This document shows, piece by piece, positions 24,001-33,817 of a stretch of DNA of 64,000 nucleotides. Each line of letters begins with the position of its first letter. Position 1 is the stretch's first letter. The notes under the pieces were generated by a model, which saw only the letters and a program-made list of their open reading frames with translations, had not been told where the DNA came from and did not search any database. The stretch is from Ascoidea asiatica JCM 7603 (taxonomy: Eukaryota > Fungi > Ascomycota). Both the position numbers and the translations under genes were made by a program. The DNA is taken from assembly GCA_001600695.1 (NCBI GenBank), contig BCKQ01000002.1, forward strand, positions 103,275 to 167,274, read 5' to 3'.

Positions 24001-24516
24001 ACAACTAACGAATTATTAATATTGAATGGATTTGAACCAGTGATGGATAATAATCAAGAATACTTCAAATTTCTTAAAAATAATTATAAAACTAATTCCA
24101 CAAATAATATGAGGTATTCAAGTGAGGAAGATGAAGAGGAAGACGAAAAAAAATTAGAAAAAAAATTAGAAAGGAAAAAGATTAATAAACGTCAAATAAA
24201 TTTCTTGAAGCCAATGGCAGAGATTAAAGAGTTTAAGAAAAAATTCAGCCAGAATTTTGAGAACTTCAAAGTTGAATCTTTTTCTGGTTTGCAATTGCCT
24301 CAAAATGAATCATCAAATAACAATAAAATAAAAGAAGTGGAACTTAGTTCAAACTCTAAAATTTTGGAGACACAATATGACTATCAAAAAGAATATAATT
24401 ATGAATATGAAGAAGAATATGATGAAGAAGACCAAAATGAGATAGATTTGCTCTATAATACTATTCGAGAGCTCAATGAACAATATAATTCCATAGCTGC
24501 TGGTATGAATGTATGA
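21013..24516 (+). CDS. Large Asn-rich putative transcription factor with a degenerate or split Zn(II)2Cys6 domain
   Basis: SCSRCRKNKIKCDSIKKFPYSCSNCFKKNINY at about 23002-23097 has 5 of 6 Cys; a coiled-coil follows much further downstream. Confidence 0.75.
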   Translation: MKTILPKPILNSKSLDNPKNINNPNSLFSYSSNYENNEFISSDPKYTSSNIILSNITSTLSSIDSNSNSNSSTLANSPNSIATSIDSIYNQNDFQKNIQNNGDNLDINLLNSNPDSLNNLLLNKFLIKKDLSLLENYLSLSTNLSYQNNCSSQTINDLKQTILNDKYSYIKETPSQLQDKNLQEISEEISKSSSDSIPTDFSTLTNYQSISENDSQNVNFVTFLPNSIPLTRNSSILSTVSSIPTHFDAIHSNTNNTNYNITKIDSITNAINDTNLDNDNVFSLKCNDSISNKNNISFNNINFNECEDENRIIEKQFSGDSTKTSKLSSKQLPVKSTRSISKKNNRPSSQNNILISNRNDNLSKNLCNSLSDNFSNDLFNSLMFNLQSQLNYLENEKIKKENFNTNFDTNLNFEDENNDFDEPSDGTVKEKEIFIKTGDLLFYYKLFIFLVLENFGSIKFESTDNKEVLPNQSKSLKSFKKQKRKQDRETTVELEMETDFGVKNQRFKTEIELFFETILKFSETLIHSKNKLSTVKILSNLNDNTVLNDLDDNNDDFDYKLLKNNPQHIFFKTKLNSNFDCNNFKSSNINSCHFYNSIIKLIIDNYENLNFKNLNYLVFLLTGFPISQTNNIDINVNNKNNKNNKNNNKDKDFNKVSNLKKLKSCSRCRKNKIKCDSIKKFPYSCSNCFKKNINYFKNYTKKLELKRNDKAPTKLYDLNGNIKLVNNSSKSEISESLKKGKNKSQNFKTNYEPEKKLGDNNERSYDNECEDESENKMKDKYQRDNDCNCNSPICSRENLKKAKEFSNDKNIILYMDNEIENNSMEDQLTKLFLKLFGIDENLIANGGKVEELTQFSKIRRNDNFNDLVNSITNCGIQLVSSNSILKKKSLKKTSLIKNLTKDISSLKKQLNKMILNEEKIFSDYLNLYFNENENRNSNEFEKYIRELSGDKEENEKKIRLFLNKRIEWNKSVKRKYGNEDNLNSNKRVKVNTSSFLTTNELLILNGFEPVMDNNQEYFKFLKNNYKTNSTNNMRYSSEEDEEEDEKKLEKKLERKKINKRQINFLKPMAEIKEFKKKFSQNFENFKVESFSGLQLPQNESSNNNKIKEVELSSNSKILETQYDYQKEYNYEYEEEYDEEDQNEIDLLYNTIRELNEQYNSIAAGMNV

Positions 24517-25034
24517 ATATAATGAAACAACCCAATGTTGTATAATAAATTAATCTAATGTTTTTATACGTAATGTAAATTCACTAAACTGATCAGTGTC
24601 TGTTTAGTTACAGCTTTTTAATTCTCGTACACGAAAAATAGAAGCGCCGTAATAATGGCCTCATTGTCAAAATATTACGTAATTGCTTTATAAGTTTTTT
24701 TTCGTGTCAGGCTGCCTTCCGCTGCAATTAGTTGCAACAGCCTACTCCTGCCTGCCCACTGGTAAACAATTGTTAACAATCATTCAAAAGTGGCAGACAG
24801 CTATTAGACTGACTGGTCCTAATAACTACTTGATTCTTGATTCTTCGCTGATAATTCAATAGCGATTCAATTTTTTGAATGCTTATTGCTCAAGTGGTTA
24901 AAAAAAGTATAACTATTTTTATATCTGCCTGTATATTATTATTTCATCTGCTATTATTTTCCAAAAATTGTTTGATTATTGTGGATCATTTTCTATTTTT
25001 GATAATTAATATTAAAGTTTTCCATTTTTTATCA

Positions 25035-28000
25035 ATGGCAAAGAAGACTCCTAAGCAGAAACAGAAGAAGCTTGATATTCATTATCTTAAAAGCCAGTCC
25101 AAAGTAATTACTAATTTTTTAACAAGTACCATTAATGATTCAACTTACGAAAAAAATAAAGTGCATCCAGCTATAATAAATAATATTATTCCTTATTTAA
25201 CTTTTCACGATTTATTAAATTTCTCTTTGATAAATAAATCAACTTATACTTATATCTTCGATAAGAATTATGAATTTTGGGTTAATGAACTTCAATTAAT
25301 AGGAATTTGGGATCCAATTTCATATCAAAAACAAAAAAATTCTCAATTAAATTCAAATTTCAATGATTTCATAACTTTAAATAAAGATTCAATACTATTA
25401 GCTGATCAAAAGCTGAATAGTCAGTTAAATAAAAATATTTCAAAAGTTTCCAATATAGATACTCAAATAAGCAATAGTTATGATCATCATAATCTGTTTG
25501 AAATACTGAACATTTCCTTAAATCCTTTGAATATTTATAACAATGAGACGTTTAAAATTATATATAATCAAAAATTAGCAAAAATCCAGTTTAGTATAGT
25601 TTATAAATCTTTGATACCTTTATATAAAGATTTAATAAATTCAAGTTTAGAACTTTCAAATTCAATAACATTCAAACTTTTCAATAACCCAAAGGATCAG
25701 TCTATTATTTTATCATCTTTATTGAACTTTTCTTTCTATCAAAAATTCAGATGTCTTCAAAATGACGAATTTAATTCAAACTATGATAAATTAAACTCTA
25801 TAATAGAAATTTTTGAAAATGCTTGTTTAAGAGAAATCGAAGTAGCTTATGACAAAAATGACTTTAAAAATAAAGTTAAATATTATACCAATATCTTATT
25901 AGGCTTAAATAATTCTTCTATAAATAATAATCTTGTTAATTTTTTCTTACAAAAAAATTCTTTAAACTCAAATTCAAATTCAAATCAATTATCTTTATTT
26001 GATGACAATAAATTAAATTTATTATTCATTCAATCTTCAAATAGTAAATATACTTTTGATAAAGCTTATTTAACTCTGCTTTTCAATAATATAATACAAT
26101 TTTTTGATAATCAAATTTCAATCATTGATAGTATATTTCCTGATGAAAGCATTCCAATGATGCTTAAATTATCTGAAGAAATTATAGAAGATCATATTTT
26201 ACAATTTTTTGCCAAAATTATTAAAAAAGCAAAATATTGTGATATGATTAATGAATCTTTATCTGAAATTTCAATTAATGAAAACTCTCAATTTATAGTA
26301 AACGATATGTCTTTATATTTAAAAATTGTACCAATGCTATATACAAATTTGATTAATTTCTCAAATTCAATAATTCCTTCAACTAATGGAGGTCCCCGAT
26401 TTAAGGTTTCTTTAAAAAAATTAATAGATATTTATTTTGAACCAATTCTTAATACATATTTACCATCTGAATTATCTAATTTCCATAAAATTAATGAGAA
26501 GAATATTCATATATGGGATGAAATAAATAAAATCAAAGAAAAGAAAAAAGAAAAAGTTTTAATGGACAATTTATTAATAATAGATCAAAATAAATCAGAC
26601 AATGAACAAAATAATAACTTTCTTAAATTGGACTTCCTAGCTGGTTTCAAGAAAATTTTAAAACCAATAGATTCTTTATTTGATTCCAATAATAGCAATA
26701 ATGATAATTCAAATGAAAAACTACCAGAAGAATTGATAATAAATGATAATGAAGAAAATCTTGGGAATCATATAACTAGTCCGTTAGAAGAAAAAAAAAA
26801 AGTAACCGAATTTGAAGCAAAAGTTGTTTTCATGAATAGTAAATTAGATAATATAAGGTCCTTTTTTTCTTTAGATCTATCTTTAAATATTTTGAATAAT
26901 GGAAGATTGGCAATTACGCGAATATCATCTTTTATTGGAATTGAAGATAAAAATCTTGAAAATAATAAGGAAGAAATAATTATTGAAAACGACTTAGAAA
27001 ACAATGACAAAAAGGAAAGTCAGTCAATCAATGAGGTTGAAACAGTTTCTTCAGCTTCTTTAGAAGAGTTGTCTAAAAGGCAAATTGAAAAAATATTCAT
27101 TGAATTGGTTGATATTTTAGGAGAAGAGCATATCAAAAATGGGTTTTCTAAAGCTCTTGAAAGACTAAAAACTTATAGGCCAGATGAAATTGTAGATGAT
27201 AATGATACTGAAAGTAATGTTTATCTGAGTAAAAGAAATAGCAGTAGTAATGAAAATGTAAATAAAAGATATAGTGTTTTTTCAATTAGATCAAATAAGA
27301 AAAATAGATCAAGTTTAAATATTTATAACAAAACAATTGGCGATAGTGAAGATTCAATCTATTCTGAGGGATCTATGGCAACTTCTGGATCAGGTTCTTC
27401 AAAAGCTGAAAAAATTGTCACTGTTGAACCTTTAGTAATATTCATTGAACTTGTTAATATTGGTGATTTAATACAACAAATGATTGATATTTTTTATAAA
27501 GAGGAGCTAATAAATAAAGATATCATTAATAAAAATCAGGATTTTTTTTCACCTACTCTCAAAAAAAGAAAAAAGTTTGAAACAATTCTAGATGATTATG
27601 TTGCAGAAGGATTGAATATAGGAATTGATATTTTGATGGATAAAATTGAATTTATTTTTGAAACAGAGCAATTACCAGAAGATTTTAACCCCCCTTCAAT
27701 TTTAGAAAACGATACCTCTAAAGGAACTATTGATAAATCTAATAGAAGAAGTTTGGGTGTTAAATATTTCCAGAGAATCGGACCCAGTATAGCTGCTAGG
27801 AGAACTGTTAATTTGTTATCAACCCATTCAAATCTTTTAGTTGGTTCTGCTGAAAAATCAACAATAGATGTATTTCAACAAGAAATAGCAACAAGATTTT
27901 TCAGTCTGATATGTAAGAATATTAAAAAATCTATAATAAGTATTGATGGAGCTATAACTTTAATTTCAGATTTAAACTTATTCTATGTTTTTGCACTTGG

Positions 28001-28247
28001 ATTAAAACAGAGATCAATTTTGCCATACTTTACAGCATTGAAAACAGTTGGACAAATGTTTTTAATTTCTAGTGATGATGCCAAATCTATTGGAAAGTTG
28101 GTAAGTGATTTGAGTAGATTTAATGGTATTTTCCGACAGGAAGAAATTTTTGAATTTGTACAAAGAAGAGCAGATTGGGATAAAGTTAAAAAAGAAGTTG
28201 AAAAGGTAATATATGGATTTGGGGTAGCAGATTGTTCAATAATGTAA
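25035..28247 (+). CDS. RCY1: F-box/Sec10-domain recycling protein Rcy1
   Basis: Degenerate F-box (HPAIINNIIPYLTFHDLLNF), VEPLVIFIELVNIGDLIQQM, FETILDDYVAEGLNIGID, FVQRRADW, CAAX ending CSIM. Start placed at the ATG at 25035; the upstream 52 codons look non-coding. Confidence 0.92.
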   Translation: MAKKTPKQKQKKLDIHYLKSQSKVITNFLTSTINDSTYEKNKVHPAIINNIIPYLTFHDLLNFSLINKSTYTYIFDKNYEFWVNELQLIGIWDPISYQKQKNSQLNSNFNDFITLNKDSILLADQKLNSQLNKNISKVSNIDTQISNSYDHHNLFEILNISLNPLNIYNNETFKIIYNQKLAKIQFSIVYKSLIPLYKDLINSSLELSNSITFKLFNNPKDQSIILSSLLNFSFYQKFRCLQNDEFNSNYDKLNSIIEIFENACLREIEVAYDKNDFKNKVKYYTNILLGLNNSSINNNLVNFFLQKNSLNSNSNSNQLSLFDDNKLNLLFIQSSNSKYTFDKAYLTLLFNNIIQFFDNQISIIDSIFPDESIPMMLKLSEEIIEDHILQFFAKIIKKAKYCDMINESLSEISINENSQFIVNDMSLYLKIVPMLYTNLINFSNSIIPSTNGGPRFKVSLKKLIDIYFEPILNTYLPSELSNFHKINEKNIHIWDEINKIKEKKKEKVLMDNLLIIDQNKSDNEQNNNFLKLDFLAGFKKILKPIDSLFDSNNSNNDNSNEKLPEELIINDNEENLGNHITSPLEEKKKVTEFEAKVVFMNSKLDNIRSFFSLDLSLNILNNGRLAITRISSFIGIEDKNLENNKEEIIIENDLENNDKKESQSINEVETVSSASLEELSKRQIEKIFIELVDILGEEHIKNGFSKALERLKTYRPDEIVDDNDTESNVYLSKRNSSSNENVNKRYSVFSIRSNKKNRSSLNIYNKTIGDSEDSIYSEGSMATSGSGSSKAEKIVTVEPLVIFIELVNIGDLIQQMIDIFYKEELINKDIINKNQDFFSPTLKKRKKFETILDDYVAEGLNIGIDILMDKIEFIFETEQLPEDFNPPSILENDTSKGTIDKSNRRSLGVKYFQRIGPSIAARRTVNLLSTHSNLLVGSAEKSTIDVFQQEIATRFFSLICKNIKKSIISIDGAITLISDLNLFYVFALGLKQRSILPYFTALKTVGQMFLISSDDAKSIGKLVSDLSRFNGIFRQEEIFEFVQRRADWDKVKKEVEKVIYGFGVADCSIM

Positions 28248-28526
28248 ATTGTTTTTAAATATTTACTTCTTGGGTATGTTTTTTTTCATTTGTTTACATG
28301 GTAATTCTATAAAGCTAATACAAAACAGCTTTTGATATATGATTCTTTAATAATCTGCTAAAATTTAGTAATCCGACTTTATAATGTCTTCTATTAAAAT
28401 ATTTTGTTTTGAATCATTTTATTAAGCTCCTTAATATTTAAATGCAAAGGCATAAATATAACAGTAAAAATCTTTATATTAAAAAATTAAAAAAGGAAAA
28501 TATCATAATACAATGGAAGTTTTCTC

Positions 28527-29039
28527 TCAATTATCATCATGTATAACTTGGGAAATCTTTATCAATTCTGGGATATTCCAGATTTGATTATTAGAAGAGT
28601 AATGACCATTGAATTTTGAAGATTTAGAAGGAAAGGATTCATGATCCCATATTATAATATTTTCAATTTCAGATTTTGAATTATATGAATTATCGATATT
28701 TGATTTTTCAATTAAATATATCTTTAAATTTTTTAGATTAAGTGACTCACCCATTAGTTTTCTGCCTCTGAAATAAGCAATATATTTGGAAATTTGATTT
28801 ACCCTTTTAAGTGAGTTATTGACAGAATCTTTATTTTTGTCTTCATTTGAAACTTTATTTGACCCATTTTCTATATTTTCTTGATAGTTTAATTTTGTTT
28901 GGTTCCATAAATTGATGTCTGCGTAACCAGTGAAATTTATTCTACAAGGCAATAGATTTAAAGTTGATTTTGAATCATTTTCTGTGTTTACATTTGATTG
29001 ATTGTACTTAATTGTTATTTCATTAGAATCTTGAATCAT
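28527..29039 (-). CDS. RNH203: RNase H2 subunit C
   Basis: NLLPCRINFTG, AYFRGRKLMG, IIIWDHE, C-terminal ISQVIH. Confidence 0.85.
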   Translation of the reverse strand: MIQDSNEITIKYNQSNVNTENDSKSTLNLLPCRINFTGYADINLWNQTKLNYQENIENGSNKVSNEDKNKDSVNNSLKRVNQISKYIAYFRGRKLMGESLNLKNLKIYLIEKSNIDNSYNSKSEIENIIIWDHESFPSKSSKFNGHYSSNNQIWNIPELIKISQVIHDDN

Positions 29040-29178
29040 GATAAAACTAGTTGACTTAAGAAAAGTTGTTGTTGTTGTTGTTGTGTAAAACAGTATAAAA
29101 TATAAATATTTCTACTGAAACAAATAGCTTTTCAATAAGTTTTTCAAAGCTGGTTCGAGTTATCTGTTTTAATTAAGT

Positions 29179-29215
29179 ACGCGAAATGGTTACACACGAA
29201 AAGTTGACGCGAAAA
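29179..29215. promoter_or_regulatory. MCB/SCB cluster upstream of RNH203
   Basis: ACGCGAAA (29179), CACGAAAA (29195) and ACGCGAAAA (29207) within 40 bp. Confidence 0.6.
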
Positions 29216-29545
29216 ATACTACTTTTAGATTCTTAATCTCTTCAACGCGGAAATTCGGATATTTTTAACTTACATTTTATTTGGATTAACTGATATGATT
29301 GATGAAATGAAACAAAATCATTTATTAAAGAAGAGCAAAATAAAATAAAGTCGTTAACTAAGCATTAAATAAAGTAAAATATTAATTAAAAAGAAAATTA
29401 AACATTAGTTCTAAAAGAAATTGTCATTATAGTAAGTTGAACAAAAATCTAAATATTTGAAATTTTGAAGATTTAAAAAGTTGAAGTATTAAAAGTGATA
29501 AAAAAATTTAGTCGTTTAAAGTATTAATTAAAGCATTTTTTTTTT

Positions 29546-30715
29546 CTAATTTTTTTTTCCAGTTTCTTTTTCAATTTGAAACCTTTTTTCGACAATAAGT
29601 TTTAATTTTTCTGGGCATTCTAAAGGACCTAAAGATCTAAATTCTTTTAATTTTTTAATTGTTTCAGAATCCGTAATTATTTGATCTTCAACTTTATCTT
29701 TTAGAGTTGACTGATAAAAATCAGTTTGAATAACATCAAAATATTGATCAACTAATTTGAATTTATGATCAGAATCTAAAGTTTTTAACATTAAATCTAG
29801 AGAATTTGGAGAATCTGAAGAATCCGAAGATTTTTTTGTATTAAAACCTTCACCAGATTTAAGTTCTAAATAAGCCATTTCAGTAATATCTTTAAGTTTT
29901 CCAGCTCTTTGAACATTCATTACGGAACCATAAGTAGAAATTATATTTTGACGGTATTTTTCATTGAAATCTACAATATCAACTCTTTTTGAACCTGTCC
30001 AGCCAATATTTAATAAAAAATCTTTCGAGATAATATTAACACCATTATTACTTGAAGAAGAAGAGCTTACTAAATCAATTAATCTGCCAAATGGATTTAA
30101 AGAAGCAGGATTAATAATACCTAAATAAAAAAGTAAATAGATTAAAATAATTTTTAAAATATGAAAAATAAAAAAAACAACTTGAGAACCAGTTGAACCA
30201 GATTTTAATAAATCTTGATTAATTTCATTATACATTTTTTGATTATTGAAAAAATTTAAAGCAATTAAACCAATAAATCTCATAAAATAAGAAGACAATT
30301 GATTACCAGGAGTTGGAGAAATAAAATCAGGCAAATCAGTATATAACCATGTTAATAAAAAAAGTATAAAATTATAATGTGAAAAAGTCTTTTGTTTCCA
30401 AATTGGCACAATTAATTGACTTGGCCAAACATAATCTAAAACTTTATCATCTTGAGATTTTGGAAATTTTATATATTTATCAGCGTTATAAACATAAAAC
30501 ATTGAACCAGTTTTAGCTAAATAGCCCGGATGATTGGAATAAGCAAAAGCAATTGGTTTATCCTCATAAAATATATTTGGTCTTAAAACTATATTTAAAT
30601 TGAAAATTTTCATTAAATCGGAAAATTTAGTATTAGAATTTATTGTAAAACAATAATCCTTTTCATTATCAGAATTAAATCTAACATAGACTTCTTGTGA
30701 CTCGAATACAGGCAT
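29546..30715 (-). CDS. GSF2: ER membrane glucose signalling factor Gsf2
   Basis: VYVRFNSDNEKDYCF, WPSQLIVPIW, WLYTDLPDFISPTPG, IGWTGSKR, C-terminal dilysine ER motif. Confidence 0.92.
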   Translation of the reverse strand: MPVFESQEVYVRFNSDNEKDYCFTINSNTKFSDLMKIFNLNIVLRPNIFYEDKPIAFAYSNHPGYLAKTGSMFYVYNADKYIKFPKSQDDKVLDYVWPSQLIVPIWKQKTFSHYNFILFLLTWLYTDLPDFISPTPGNQLSSYFMRFIGLIALNFFNNQKMYNEINQDLLKSGSTGSQVVFFIFHILKIILIYLLFYLGIINPASLNPFGRLIDLVSSSSSSNNGVNIISKDFLLNIGWTGSKRVDIVDFNEKYRQNIISTYGSVMNVQRAGKLKDITEMAYLELKSGEGFNTKKSSDSSDSPNSLDLMLKTLDSDHKFKLVDQYFDVIQTDFYQSTLKDKVEDQIITDSETIKKLKEFRSLGPLECPEKLKLIVEKRFQIEKETGKKN

Positions 30716-31454
30716 ATTTAAATTATCATTAATATATAAAAAAAGTATATGTATACTTAATTTGAACTATTGATTTATATTTTATGTTATTTTGATTATA
30801 TATTATAATGAAATTAGTGATTATTTCAAAAATTATAAGATATGATTGATATAAAAAAACCATACAGAATATGGGGAAATGAGTAACCTTTTATACAAAT
30901 ATTTGTCAATGATCAATAATTTGAATACGTTGTTAGTATTAATGACCCGAGTGATGGTATAATAGAGACAACCTGTCAATGATTTTTGGGAAAAAGGTAT
31001 CAATAGTTCGGGGAATGTAGGGAGGGGAAAGTTACCCCAGATAACTTAAATCAAATCAGTAACATGTTTGAAGGACTTCAAACTTTGTCATGATCCCACT
31101 AAGCTTTGATTGAAAACGTGATATGGCAGTGTATTCTATTGTTCTCATAGTTTATAATTTTAAATTTTTAACAGAATAATTGACATTAATCTTTTTTCTC
31201 AAAATTTGAAGTAAAAAATAAAAAATGGAAATATTTTCAATAAAGGTGAGCATAGAAATCGCAGTAACACTACGTAAGGATATATGTAAGGGTATGAGTT
31301 GTTCAAATTTATTTTTATTTTAGGAAAAGAAAATTGTTCATTGATTATTATTTTGAAATGGGGGTTTGCGCTCAACTTTCACTTTTTCTCCCTTTTGTTA
31401 TATGAATGTATTTTTCTTAAGGTAAACCGGATGGAAAATTTAGTGCTATAAACG

Positions 31455-31539
31455 ACCTCCTTGGCTTAAAGGCAAAGCATCTGCCTCCTAATTAGGAGAA
31501 GTAAGCAGAAGATTGTGGGTTCGAGTCCCATAGGAGGTG
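31455..31539 (+). tRNA. tRNA-Arg(CCT) with a 13-nt intron (31491-31503)
   Basis: Acceptor ACCTCCT/AGGAGGT, D stem GCTT/AAGC, anticodon stem TCTGC/GCAGA with loop CT-CCT-A|intron|A, T arm GTGGG-TTCGAGT-CCCAT, discriminator G, then a Pol III T-run. Confidence 0.93.
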
Positions 31540-32246
31540 TTTTTTTTTATATTAGATAAATGTTTTTAAATTCCAATTTTTTTTTACGTTTTTTAAAACA
31601 AGAAATATTTTAGATGTATTTAAGTAATTGAAAGAAGCTTAAAAAGACAAAGAAAAGAGAAAAAATGGTTAAAAATCAAATGTTCTACATAGGTTGAATA
31701 GATTACAGATTTGTTAATTTATTAATTTTATGCAAATATTTATAGAATATATTGGATTGAAAATGTCTTTGTGTATAAAATACGAAATTTCTAAAAGAAA
31801 AAAAATTGAAAAGAAGTGAAAAAGCAAAAAATAAAGAAGAAAAAAAAATTGATTATGTATTCAAATGCATTTAATAAAATAAATAAATATAATAGAAGAA
31901 AAAAATTTATGAAAAATACCACCAGTAGATAACAATAAAAAATAAAAAAGACTTGTTCTATAAAACAAGTCATAAAATAAACTATAGAAAGAAAGAAATA
32001 AAGAAAGAAATGCATAAATACACACAAATAATATTAAAAGTATAAATAAATTGGTTATTGAAAAGTTCTTAAATGATGATAATAATTATTATTATTATTA
32101 TTATTATTATATTGAAGTGAATTATAATTATGAGTTTCATAATCATCAATAACAGAAGGTGAAAATGAAGATTTATTGTTCACATTTTGAATATTTTGAA
32201 TTTGTTGAATATGAGGATGAATTACAGTAGGTAATGGCAATCTTAA

Positions 32247-33248
32247 TTAAGAAAAGTTTGATTGTTCAGATTGAGATGTATTGGATATTGTTATTGAATT
32301 ATTAGAAATATTATTTGAAATGGATTTATCAAAGTTATTAAAGGTTGTAGAATTGAAATTATTATTTATAGGAGTTTCAGGAGTTAAATAATAATTAGTA
32401 TTAGAATTATTTATTGAATTATCAAAAGAATTATTGTAAGAATTTATTTTTAAAGTAGAATTTCTTAATTTCATTTTATTTTTAATGTATTTATTCTTAT
32501 TATTATTATTATTATAATTTATAGTTTTTGATATGTTACTTTTATTAATTTTATTGATAATATTATACAGTATTTTAATTTTGATAAAATAATTATTTAA
32601 ACAATTTATCCAATTATTATAGATACATTGATCTCTTAAAGAATTTAAAATATTATTATCTTTATTAAAAAAAAAATTATTTAAAATAAATCTTTCAAAT
32701 AAATTTAATTTTTTTAAAGGGACTTTAATTACAGAACTAAAACTCAGATTTGTATAAGATAAATCTTCATTAATTTTATTTGATAAAATTAAGAAAATAG
32801 TAAAAATTAAAGAAAGTTTATCATCAATTTTTTTATATTTTAAATTATTAAAATTTTCAATATAAAAAGAATTGAAATTTTGATTGAATTTTGAATCATT
32901 TTTTAACATTAATCTGAAATGATGTAAATAATTTAAAGCAGTTAAAATAACGGAATTTGATAATTGTGTTTTTGATATTAATTTTTTAAATTTTTGTAGA
33001 TATTTTGAATTTGATTTTTGATAGGAAGTAGATAATTTGTTATTATTACTATTATTATTATTATTATTATAATTATCAAACCATATGAATAAAGAAGCTA
33101 AAGCAGGGAAATTTGAATCCAAAAGTGATTTATAATCAAGGGAAGAAATTGTAGAAATTTTCCTTGAATCATTAATAATATTGTTATTACTATTATTATA
33201 ATCTTCTATTGAGGATTCTTCAGAATAAGTTGGAGTTGGAAGAAACAT
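32247..33248 (-). CDS. CLG1: Pho85-type cyclin (Clg1/Pcl-like); the frame continues for 63 codons past the TAA to 32055
   Basis: Cyclin box: LISKTQLSNSVILTALNYLH, FLILSNKINEDLSYTNLSFS, LNLFERFIL. The specific CLG1 orthology is less certain than the cyclin family. Confidence 0.65.
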   Translation of the reverse strand: MFLPTPTYSEESSIEDYNNSNNNIINDSRKISTISSLDYKSLLDSNFPALASLFIWFDNYNNNNNNSNNNKLSTSYQKSNSKYLQKFKKLISKTQLSNSVILTALNYLHHFRLMLKNDSKFNQNFNSFYIENFNNLKYKKIDDKLSLIFTIFLILSNKINEDLSYTNLSFSSVIKVPLKKLNLFERFILNNFFFNKDNNILNSLRDQCIYNNWINCLNNYFIKIKILYNIINKINKSNISKTINYNNNNNKNKYIKNKMKLRNSTLKINSYNNSFDNSINNSNTNYYLTPETPINNNFNSTTFNNFDKSISNNISNNSITISNTSQSEQSNFS

Positions 33249-33817
33249 TATATAAATTATATTATAGATTATATTATATATTATTATAATTTGTTGAGTA
33301 TTATTGATATTTATATGTGTATATTTATATATTTATATTAATATTTTTATTGAGATATATTTTAGTTATAATATTTTAAAATAGTTAAAGATATTATGAT
33401 ATATGAATAAAGAATAAAATAAAAGAAGAATTAAATGAAAAAATGGACATTTTGAAGATAATTATATTAAAAAAAAAAATGAAAAGCAATAGAAGAATAT
33501 TTATAAAATATAAGAAATATATGAGATATAAAAAATATATGAAATATATTAAAATAATGTTGAATGATAGATAAATTTTAAAAAAAAATTGAAAATAATG
33601 TGAAAATAAGAAAAGAATATGAAAAGGATATGAAAAGAATATGAAAAGAATATGAATATGAAAATATTTAGTAAAAAGATGATTATTGGATATATTTTTT
33701 GGAGTTAGCACTACAGTACTGTAGCGAGAGGGAGTGTGTATTTATTATTATTAATCAGAGAGAAGAAGGAAAATACTACGAATTAATTAGATTCAAAAAT
33801 AATTAACAAGTAACAAG

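Noticed and set aside
31791-33711. Phe/Ile-rich ORFs 31791-32027 and 33394-33711
   Set aside because: Translation of T-rich UTR and promoter DNA flanking the cyclin; no domain signal
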